A stretch of DNA of 64,000 nt, from positions 15,058,861 through 15,122,860 of the forward strand of contig OZ316892.1 of assembly GCA_973895155.1 (NCBI GenBank), written 5' to 3'. The notes under the pieces were generated by a model. That model made no database searches. It had not been told where the DNA came from and saw only the letters and a program-made list of their open reading frames with translations. This document shows, piece after piece, positions 25,561 through 36,289 of the stretch (its first letter is position 1; every line of letters begins with the position of its first letter). The DNA comes from Marsupella aquatica (taxonomy: Eukaryota; Plantae; Marchantiophyta). Both the position numbers and the translations under genes were made by a program.

Positions 25561-27109
25561 CAATTTAAATCAAGCCAGATTATTGCAGAATTGTCTGGTT
25601 TGGCATGAATGCATCAATCTTTGAAAGTGGATTTTGCAAATCCATTCTTAAATTGGCATATATATATATATATATATATTGATTATTTGGGGCTGGTTGG
25701 TACCCTCAATTGGATATCATTTTCTATTGGCACTTTGGATGTGGACTCAGGTTTCCTTTAATTTGGGTCTTATGAAGAGATTGGCTGGGAGGTCGAAATG
25801 GTGGGAGACTAGAGCATTATGTGCACTTCATAATTTGTAATATCTTACTAGTGCATTGCACTCCTTGAAAAACTTTGGCTTGTCTCAAGTTTGAGAAAGA
25901 TATGTGTCTCAAGTTGGAGAAAGATGCGTGTCTAAAGGTTGAGAAAGTTATTGGTCATCAAGTGTAAAATATGAGTGAAACCGCATTAGAATTGCATCCA
26001 TAGTGCCAATTGACTTTGCACAATTACTCTACAATTAAAAAACAAACATTATTGTAAATATTGCGCTTGTGAGCCAAATAGAAAAACCATTCAATGGGCT
26101 TGGAGTGAAAGCATGCAAAACTAAAGTTCCTAGTTGAAAAGGAAAGAAAAGGATTTCTATAGAAAGTGAATAGTAAACAAATGAAAGAGACATGAGTCAA
26201 ACGTACCGTTATGTAAATGACAATAGAGGATTAAAGAATAAAAAATGAAAGAACTTTAGCTTAATTTTCAACTTTAAGATAAAATCTGACAAAACATGAA
26301 AACAATATTCTCTTGCATTAAACCTGTAGGAAACCTCCTTAACCCTGGACAACTCATACTTGCTTTTGAAAAAAAGACATTTGAAAGGACTCATTAAATG
26401 AAGCTTGAGTGCGAGAATACATTTATTGATAACACAACTTTGGCCCTGGCTCCACAAAATTTGGAATTTATTTGTTTTTCTCATATTTGGCTCTACCTAA
26501 GACACCCCAAGGATAGTCTGCATGAATTGTGGGAGTAAGTGTTATTCCCATGTTTCACTTAAAATACAAATTGTGCATTAAGGCCCCAAAACTAAATTTA
26601 TGGTGAGTGAAGATTGGAAAATATAAAAAATCAAATGCACTTTGAGCCAACATAAAAAAATGTGTGGCTTTGCTCAGTTCAAGTAGACATGGTCAAATGG
26701 CGCTACTGTATGTAATCACAACACAAGATCTACAGTAGCTCACTACGATGTCTTACCTTTCTAGGGGATAATTATTTACAGAGCTTGAGACACCCTCGAG
26801 AGTAAGCTCATGGACTTGGCGTGAAAATGTAAAGGACAAGATTCAATTTTTTTTGGAGCAACATCAAAAGTGGGGATGCCCCAACTGTTGCAAGACAAGA
26901 AAAGTATAGGACTAAGAGCATACGGTCTGCTTTATAAGATTCAGATTGACCGTATATCAACCCTTGTATGCAAGGAGAAATATAAGAGATAGTGTATTCG
27001 TAAAGGCTGTTGTATGCATTTGATCTATTTTTATGTCTCTTGTTCACTTATGATTGGACCTGCTGACATTTCTATTGTGTTTGTTGGCAATGAGAAATTA
27101 AAATTTACA

Positions 27110-27415
27110 GGTGTGGAGATGTGGAGATGAATAAGTGGCTAAGGACCATAATAAGTGGAGGCATGGCCCACAAAGAGCATGTGGAGATGAATAAGTGGCT
27201 AAGGACCATAATAAGCCTTAAAAGTGCCCACAAAGAGCATGGAATTTTTACACGTGTGGAGAATTTTTATATGTGTGGAGATGAACCTTAAAAGTGCCCA
27301 CAGAGAGCATGGAAATTTTGGAAATTTTCACACATGGAGATGTATAGGCTGCTAAGGACAATAATAAGTGAAAGGCATGACCGTAAAAGTGCCCACCGAG
27401 GGCATGGAAATTTTC
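27110..27415. repeat. Complex tandem/mosaic repeat upstream of SDHAF1
   Basis: Recurrent blocks gtggagatgaataagtggctaaggaccataataag and aaagtgcccacaaagagcatggaa. Confidence 0.8.
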
Positions 27416-27565
27416 TGCCAAATGTCTTCGCGCGGCGTGATGTCAAATAATGATTCTCGTTTCTACTGAAGATTCTACAAGCTTTGCCTGCAAAATCACG
27501 CCACTCGAAATTTGTTAAGTTGTGAGCGCTGTCTAAAGATCGAGAGCTCATCAGGGGAGGGGAGG

Positions 27566-27814
27566 ATGATGGCACGACTGTCAGGACTTCAAAGGCAGGT
27601 TCTCAGTCTTCACAGATCGCTGCTGCGGGCGGCTCGTAGTAAACCTCCGGACGCCCGTTGGCAGATGGAGCGGTTCGTGAATGCCGAATTCCGTAGATAC
27701 GCGGCCGTCGATAGGAAGAATTACCTCCTCATCGAACACTTGCTGCGCCGCGGGCAAAAGCAGCTGGAGACTCTGAGAAGCTCCGAGGGTTTTTCCGTCA
27801 TCGAGGTGAAATAG
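27566..27814 (+). CDS. SDHAF1: LYR-motif protein, succinate dehydrogenase assembly factor 1, 82 aa, intronless
   Basis: RLSGLQRQVLSLHRSLLRAAR...EFRR...IEHLLRRGQKQLE is the SDHAF1/Sdh6 signature, with LYR present as LHR. Confidence 0.9.
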   Translation: MMARLSGLQRQVLSLHRSLLRAARSKPPDARWQMERFVNAEFRRYAAVDRKNYLLIEHLLRRGQKQLETLRSSEGFSVIEVK

Positions 27815-28849
27815 GGAAAGCAATCGCACTAAGACGGTCCAGTCGGGAGAGATCCTATTCTCTCTACATCTCTTTCTCTCTCTCGTTCTCACTATCCCTG
27901 CAGCTATGCCGGTCGACCAGGGTCGATATCGCCATGGCGTGAAGGAAGAGCACAGCGTCGGAATTTGCGACAACCGCATTTGTTCAGTTGGATTGATGTA
28001 TGCATGTACGAGTAGGGGAACTCAGGCTGAAAGTTGGCTAGCCGCTCGCTAGGCTGGGTATTCCGTTCGTTGTACTTCTTTCTTCCGATCACTATTTTTA
28101 GGGTTGAGAAGTTTCGGAAAAGCCAAGCCGTGAGGCAGCAGCTGTACTGCATTTGATATCACAAGCGCAGATGGATGGGCGAGTTATGGTCTTCCACGGC
28201 AGCCTCTGCCTGATTACCCATCGTTGCTCCTGTGCCAAATTTGAGGGGTGACATTTCGGACGTGTTTCTCAGCTACTGAACTTGAAAATTAGACTGTGCA
28301 TCGAGCCCGAGCTCCTCGTCAATTCATATGATTGTCAGGTCGACTGTTGTTCGTCCAAATGGATTTTTTGTCCAAGACTTAACAGAATAAAAGTCAGGTT
28401 CACGACTTGTAGAATTCGAAGGAACAGGAAAGACGGAATATTGTTAGTGAGAGAATGTACCTGAGTTAGTGCTTAGTGCTCTGGCTGTGGAGCCTCGATT
28501 CTACTCGTGTAAATCCCAACCAAGTCTGATCGAGCATCTGTTCGAGTGTGCTTTCCTGGCGTTGGTTTTGCTGACCTACCCCCAAATGGATGAAGTTGGC
28601 AAACCAACCGAGATTGTTTAATTTGCGAGCCTACCCCTACCAGAATGTTGATTTTGCTAACCTATCCCCAAAGCACGAAAATGGTAAGTAACCAAGATTG
28701 TCCTTGCTGCTAGCTTACCCACTAAATCAATCATAGTCCCAGAATTAATCTAACTTCTAAATTACCACTTTTTACTTTGTCAATCGATGCAATTGTTCTA
28801 CTTCTTAATTACCCTTAAGTTTGTCAATCTGACGTCGGATAGCATTAGT

Positions 28850-31180
28850 CCATGTACCCTGTCTTTATATTACTATCATGCTTGTGAGTAAGCTAAGACA
28901 AGGTCTCCTATTTTTGTTATTATCATGTTTGAGAGTGAGCTAAGACGAGGTCTCCTCTTTTTCTTACTTTTTATTTTTAAAAATAAAGCATACACTGTAG
29001 AGTCACTACATTAACAATTAAATATTCTTAAATTTGAGTCTCAAAATTATTTTCATAGTTCATTAACTCTCCAATATATTAATCTGCATCAAAAAATTAT
29101 TCTTATGCTTCATTAGTCAAATATCCAAATTTAATAATAATTATTTAATGCGCAGGCCATGATCACACTACAATAGTTACTTTTGTCGCTTGTGGGTTTT
29201 CAATGACTAAATAGTGCCCAAATCTTCTTTCACTAGTACTAGTGAAATGATAGAAAGAAAAATAAAGGAAATAATCTAGTGTCTATTTTTTATAAGTAAA
29301 TATTAGGTGGGTCTCACATATTCTCGCTCCTAGACCTTTGAGACATTTGCCAATTTGAACACTCCATCACAAAATACAGAAAAGTAATCAGTGACTCTAA
29401 GAATTTGGGAATGTCCAATCAATTTTTTGATGGAAGGGAATGTCCCAAATTTTGAGGGTTGGAAGGGTGGGATGATGCTTTCACAATACCAACAAGGTGC
29501 CCAAAGCAGTTGAATAATTATCCCAAAACCTTATGTTATTGTGAGACTGGAAGTCTAAATGAACAGTTCTTGCCTTTGTGGTTTCTAAAGCTTGGTCATC
29601 TTGTAAGAAATCGCATGCAATTTGTGCATAAAAACATACCATGGTGTCTCACTATGGGCTCAGTCCATTTCAATCCATTCAGTCAATGAACATACCAAAT
29701 TTCAAAAATTAACGGCTAACCATTAACTAATGCTCAACAATAGTGGAAACTAACTAGGGGTTGGAGCTCAACCAAAGCACAATTAAACTAAAGCTTGCAA
29801 CCCCAAAATTCTTTTAGTCTCCTTGCCCACCCTAACCTCCCACCCATTTTCTTTCTTTGGTCCCCAAATCCTAACTTGTGTTTTTCTTTTTCATTTCCCT
29901 TCAATCTGTTTCATTTGATGGTTTGGGTTGTTGTTTTTTCAAGAAATGATAATTTATTATATAATTCAAAAAGTACATTAAAAATTTACAAGAGGTTCTT
30001 TTGAACTGACACTCTTTGCTAATGGGCATCTTGCTTTTCACTTTTCTTAACTAAGTTTTTACCCTTCCCTAGTCTAATTGTTTTTGTTTGCCCTCAAGAC
30101 AAACACAAACAGTCGTGTTTGCTTGTTGTTGCAACCATCGTTGTTTGCGTTTGTGGCCAAAACCATTGCCATGGCACAACCATAGGCCAGGAGTTTAGAG
30201 TGGACTTATCACGGGGTCCGGAACTAAGTCATATCTTATCATTTTGTCAATTAATGTGGACCCTAGATAACTAAAATTGGGATGAACTACAGTAGGTTGT
30301 GGACCCCTACTCTTATTTCTGTCATGCTTGTAAAGAACCTAATACAGGTTCCCCTATTTTTGTTATTTCAAAAATAATACATACACTGCAAAGTGCTCAA
30401 ACATTCTTGAGTTTGCATCACAAAATTATTTCAAGGTTTTGCAAGAACTCTTAATATTTTGTTAATCAGGTCCAAATTTTATCTATTTATTGCACAAGCC
30501 AAGATGACACTACAATAGTAGTTGTTGTTGCAAGTGAAATTTTAATTGGCTCAAATACTGCCAAAATCTTCCCTCATCTAGCTCTTGACAAAATGATACA
30601 AAGAACAAGAAGGGGAACAAATATTCAAATCTATTATTTACAAGTGATTATTAGATGGGTCCCACTACTTTTCCCTCGTAGGCCCTTGAGACATTTGCCA
30701 GTTGAAGAACTCACTCAAAAAATACAAAAAGGAAATCACTAACTTTTGGCATTTGGTGATGCCCAATCATTTTTATTTGACGGTTAGGAGAGTAATACAA
30801 ACAAGGTGCCCAAAGGAGTAGAGTAGAGTAGAAACATCTATTCCAAAACCTTATAATATTGTGAGCCGTGAAGCTTAAATGGACGGTTTTTGCCTTTTCT
30901 ATTGCCTGTCCCCTTGCTAGATCTTTCATGCAATATGTCAAAAATCTGATATTACAGGGTATGTTAATTTCTACCTTAGGTTTTTTTATCATTTCCGGGT
31001 CTAATGTTTTTGCTGGCATTGTGACAAACAGAAACAGCCCTGGGTTGGTTTGTTTTGCAAACATTGTCATATTTGTTTGTGGCAAAAGTCGCTGACATGG
31101 ACCATAAGTTATAAGTTCTAAAATGGACTTGTAATGGGATCTATTTTATTAAGTTACATCTTTTGATTTTGTCAATTTAA
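28850..31180 (+). repeat. Two tandem, diverged copies of the unknown interspersed repeat also at 12530-14420
   Basis: 28850-29600 parallels 30300-30900, and 30080-30250 parallels 31000-31175. Confidence 0.65.
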
Positions 31181-31506
31181 TGCTTCATGGACGCTGATCT
31201 ATGTAGTCAGGATAAAGTTCATGGAAACATTTTGGCAAATTTACAGGTCTATCCCAACTTCATTTTCAGAAGGCATGTCCTTGTTTCATTGTTTTCAAAA
31301 CTAAGTAAGGATTACATTACCTTTGTTTTACGATCTAAGTACACTGACACCTACTGTGACAGGGCCGCAAACCCGGTAGTAACTTAGTGATGACTTATAA
31401 TTGCATATATAAGTAGAAAGACAAGTAGGTGTAGTAAAAGTGTTTAGATTTTCAAATGTTCAAATTTTTTTATTTTTGTTAGTTCTAATAAATGGATGCG
31501 ACAACC

Positions 31507-31701
31507 GGAGCCCGCGAGCCATGGGGCGCAAGACGGAGGGCCGCCCCGCGAGTAGGCGGAGCCCCGAAAGGGTCTGCCGGGGCGTAAGCGAGGTGGCAGC
31601 CGGGGAGGAGGAGCCCGCGAGCCATGGGGCGCGAGACGGAGGGCCGCCCCGCGAGTAGGCGGAGCCCCGAAAGGGTCTGCCGGGGCGTAAGCGAGGTGGC
31701 A
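31507..31701. repeat. 92-bp GC-rich direct repeat x2 (period 103 bp)
   Basis: Copies start at 31507 and 31610 and are near-identical. Confidence 0.95.
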
Positions 31702-32107
31702 ACCGCATGGAAATTGACTTTGGGTAACACGGGGAGGATCGGGAATTCCCTACCCTTTGTTTTGTTTTTCTTTGTTTTTCTTTTTTTTTGTTTTTCTTTG
31801 CTTCCTTCTCCGCGCACGCAACTCCTTTCTTGGCCGAAGCACTGTGCCCTCATTTCCGAAAGCAATTTCCCCAAAGTCGGAAGCTCTCTACCAGCTCTTA
31901 CACTTATTTTCAAAGCTCTTTCTCGTGGTCAATTGTTGGGGCTTGTGGGCATGATTCTTCCGGGCATTAGCGGCAGCACGGAGTGGCTTCTGAGGGAATT
32001 GAGGGTAATTGATTGATCGGGATACGGGGGCCGTTTCGGGCCAGGGGATTGACATTGCTACGGGTGACGGGATTTGGTGATTGAGGATTTGATTTCGAGA
32101 TGCATGA

Positions 32108-33961
32108 ATGCTAGATCAACCGGAGTTTAGTGTGGCATGCATTCGGAGATACAAGGCTGCTTACCGTGACTACATGGAGACTTTGATTGCAAGGGAGAGA
32201 GAAGAGAGAGAAGCTACGATGAGCACGGGATTGGCAGCAGGTTCCACACCGGTGGGTAGGAGGATTTTTCATCGAATTTATCCCAAGACCTCCGCCAAGG
32301 TGATGGAGGATTGTCGGAATATTTTCCAAGCCACCGGGGTTACAGAATTCATGAAGGTGGAGATTACCATCCCTCTGGAGAAGAGCTGGGACATTGAGGT
32401 CGGGATGGAGTTACGAACGGAGGGAATCTACTTTGAATGTCTCAAACGTGTAGTGCCCCATGTGGAGTTGGCTAGGCTGCTGTTTCTGGAGAATCAGAAA
32501 TTCTCATTCACACCTCGGCACATTAGGGGAGAACTCACATTGAAGATGGTGGCCACTTGGGTGATTAATCCCACCTCCACCACTGCCATCCCTCTTTCCG
32601 CTGTCAAGGATGTTGAGTATAAGGGATTCCTGGCCAAGGTTCATCAACGGGTCCTTGGCAACGTGCAATCCGGGGTGGTGAATGAAGAGCATTTCGTGGT
32701 AGCTATGGACATCAAAAACCACCCAGCCCATGTGTACGGATGGTGGTACTACGGGTTGAAGAAGCTGTTGGCCGTTGATCCCGGGAGTATGAAACCAGGT
32801 GGGGCTGTACATTTGATGGGGTCATTTGTATTGGCCAGGGCAGAAGGGTTGATTGGTTCCCCGAGACAGGAAGACACGGGATCATCTCTCACCACGGAGA
32901 TCCGGATTATTGCCACTACCGTTTTAGGGAAGCTCACGGAGGAATCATCGTCGGCTGGTGGGGATGACGATAGAGGAGAAGAAAACCAGGATGAGGACTA
33001 CACGTTGGAGTGGCTTGAATCACTCGTGGGAGATCCGAAAAAGCCCCTAGTCTACAACATTCCAGATGTTTACCTGACAGAGCTACAGGATTTCAGAGAG
33101 GGAGTCCATGAGGGACTCAAGCTAGTCCACGCATTGAGAGATTCTCTCAAGCACGCCACAGCCAGAGTAGAGACGTTAGAGCAGAGTACCCTGTCTCTGA
33201 AGGAGGTGATCAAGGCCAAGGAGGGGACCATTCATGAGAAGGATAAGCTTCTCCAAGCAGCTCACGTAGAGATCTCCAACTTGAAGGGAGCCTTGTCCAC
33301 CAAGGCCAAGGAAGCAGAAGAGGTGGGAGCGTTGAGACAAGCATTGGCCAAAGAGAAGCAGAATTCTGGAGAAGTGGTGGAGTGGAGAAACCAGGTGGGA
33401 GCACTACGGAGTCAAGTGGCCGCCTTTGAGACACGAGCAAAGAGGAGTGAGGCCTTGAGTCTGGGGAAACGTAAGAGCCCCGGCACACCTAGCTCCACAC
33501 TTTCCCCGGATTTGATCTCCCAGGCTATTGAGATGGTGGTGAAGGAGGTTAGTGGGAAGTATGGGCCCTTGTTGGATGGAGCCAAGAAGAGTCAATAGAA
33601 GAGCAAGGGCTTGGAGAAGAAGCTCCGGGAGGTACGGAAATCGTTACGGGAGGCTCAGGTCAGTACGGGGATGCCACCCAGGTCTGTCACCCCCGGGACT
33701 CCCATGGCCACAGGGCAAGTTCTACCGTTGGAGTTGCGGTTCGGAGAAGAGGCTACCCTATGGAAGGACACCATTGGTGAGGGGTACATCAAGGCGTGGT
33801 AGGCCTTGGCCACTTTGAGGAAGCAAGGGAGCGGCAGCACGAAGAGTACCCCGGTAAAGAAGAAGAAAAGTGAGGTGGCACTCACTCCCGTGAGTGATGA
33901 AGAGGAGGCCCACTCACGGGGCACAAGCCAAGGCACCGAGAGTGAAGAAGAGGAGGAGTAG
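32108..33961 (+). pseudogene. TE-borne accessory ORF (~617 codons) with an N-terminal globular region, acidic linker, coiled coil and basic/acidic tail; two in-frame TAG stops
   Basis: 496-aa ORF to TAG 33596-33598. The same frame continues (KSKGLEKKLREV...) to TAG 33800-33802 and on to TAG 33959-33961. Confidence 0.65.
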
Positions 33962-36289
33962 ATAGTCGTACGGATGTGGTTGTACGGCCTCTGGATTTCC
34001 AAATTTTTTGTGAGGGGTCACTCACGGGCTTGTTGGAAAGAGCTCGTGGAGCTGATTCCCACAAGGGGCGGCGCTCCTCAAACGGAGCCAGGATGAGCAA
34101 GTTATGGCCCGGCGAAATTGTGTTTTCGCGATACGGAAACGACCATAACTCAGGCGCCCGATGTCCGTTGCGAGTGCGGCTGAGTGATTCGGGATCAGGA
34201 GAAGAAGGGCTATCCAAGGGTGAGCTCAAAAGTACAATTGATAGGGCACCTAGTTTCGGCCATTGTGGGGTGCCTTGCACTTTCGGGGTTCACGGAGTAC
34301 AGTTGGGGCGCCGTCGAAGGCACCGTCGGCCCCTTGTTTAGGGTTTAGGGTTTTAGCAGCATGTGTGTGCCGCATGCCTTTTTAGTTTAGGGATTTCTTA
34401 GTGCAGGGTTTTAGCGGCGCCGCTAGGGTAGCCGCCATCGTTGTGACCCCACGAGGGGTGCTTTGGTGTGGTTTTTCGGTATTTAGGGGGGGAGCCCCGA
34501 AGTTGTTTGGGGGGGAACTCAGCGTAGTACTTGGATGCTTTGGAGTAGCTTTTGTGAGTAGCACACCGATTAGGAGAAGTTCAAGCAAGAGTAGTGAGGT
34601 GGAGAACGTAGCACTTGTCCCCGGGAGGCAGGAGTTGGGCAGACGGCAGGAGGCCGGGTTGTCCTTGCATGTGTTACGGGAAACACCAAGAGATATGGAT
34701 TTGGCTTGAGGTTCCAATATTTTGTGTGTCACTTGTTGTTGCTTGTGTTGTTTGTTTCCTCCCCTAGTGCGTGTGGTCGGTGTCGTTGTGGAAACATTTG
34801 CCCTTGTCACTAGTGTTCAAATCTTATTGTAAATGTTGGTATGCTTGCCCAAGAGAGGAGGGGGGTGGTGACAGCACTCACCCGGTGGGCATGAGTTGTA
34901 GATGGTAGGACCAGTCCCTTGGACTTGATCAAAAATGGAGAGACCAGTCGATAGACTTGATCAAAAAGTACACTTCCGGGAGCAGAATCAAACATACTCA
35001 TCCTTAGGTGTGGAAATCCTCAAAATAGCGTCCCTCCACGACCCCGTAATACGATACCAACGGTTGAAGCAAGGAAAAGTACGGTTTGCACGTATTAATC
35101 GTTGGATAGGCAAGTGACACCTACTCACTAATTGTGCCTAGTTCAATTAAAGAGTTACCTTGTTTTACAATTCTCCGTGTCAACTCAGGTCCGACCTTTT
35201 GATTATTTTCTGGTGTTGTTGGCCCAAAAGCACCAAACTACTAATCAGACACCAGCCCAAAATATCTGCTTACTTGAAGTTCTAAGCTAGGGCCACTTCA
35301 CATAAAAAGGGAGGCAGTAGTTTGGGAGAATTCTATTGAATGATCCAATAAATCTGGTCTGTCCAATAGAAGAAACATGTAGCAGCATTTCTCAATATTA
35401 AACAAGGGAGGCACTTAAGGTCTTGGGAATCCCAATTCCACGTGGACCCAATATTTGAGCTTTGCAAGATGTGAGGAGGTTTTTGCCAAAAGATTGTTGA
35501 GCATAGACAACATTCGCAACTGCAAGCCCATGAACCATCTAACGCACGACGCAAACTCCGATTCCTCCCCACCACGGATATCGATCAGCGAGTTCTAACC
35601 ACCGTTAGAGAGCCCTGTCACTAACCTATCCGCACAGCCACACACATTCGAGTTTCATGTGACGAAACTCCGAATGTACCATCGACAATGAATGCTGGAA
35701 AAACTTGTCACGGAAAAACCTGGTCACCTCCCAGGCATGCTATGATACCACTTGTTGAGCATAGACGACATTCGCAACTGCAAGCCCATGAACCATCCAA
35801 CGCACAATAGTTGACACAGAGAGATACGTGGTTCACCTCCACATGAGGCTACGTCCACGGGAACACACAAGAGCTTTACTGCACTCTAGGCCGACCGGCC
35901 ATACCAAGCATCCAAAGCACAAGCTCTCCCTATCTCTCAACTAGTTCCGTAACAATGAGCCTATGTTCCACCAGGGTCTGGCATTAGCCCTAGCTTAATA
36001 CACAACAACACTACCGCTAACATTAGCTAAGTCCTAACCCAAGTTAGCCTAACTGTGGTTAGCTCATGAGTCACAAGACTAGAGCAATATCTAACAAAAT
36101 CCCCCTTGATTATTGTCTTGGGGAATGGACTAATTGCAACCATATGGAATACTCAGTTAGAAGTTTTAGACAATCACCTAAACAGGTCTCCCCCTAAAAA
36201 CCACAAGGGTTAACTAGAAAACCGTAGCCAAACTGGAATGAGTAATCCATATACAAATAGTCACACATTGCTAAATAACTCTACTTGCG

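Larger units (their letters stand above)
31355..35119 (+). mobile_element. 3765-bp TG...CA element with 5-bp TSD; probable giant solo LTR or non-autonomous Gypsy-type derivative
   Basis: CCTAC|TGTGACAGGG ... GGCAAGTGACA|CCTAC. Contains a long ORF, telo-box repeats (34336-34356) and a TATA-like motif (~34480). No gag or pol recognised. Confidence 0.7.

Noticed and set aside
29165-30520. CACTA termini (CACTACAA at ~29167 and ~30508)
   Set aside because: Same orientation, internal to the repeat, with no matching TAGTG end or 3-bp TSD.
34336-34356. Interstitial telomere or chromosome-fusion scar
   Set aside because: Only 2-3 TTTAGGG units. Such telo-boxes are common in plant promoters and TEs (also ~4655, ~8990, ~15825).
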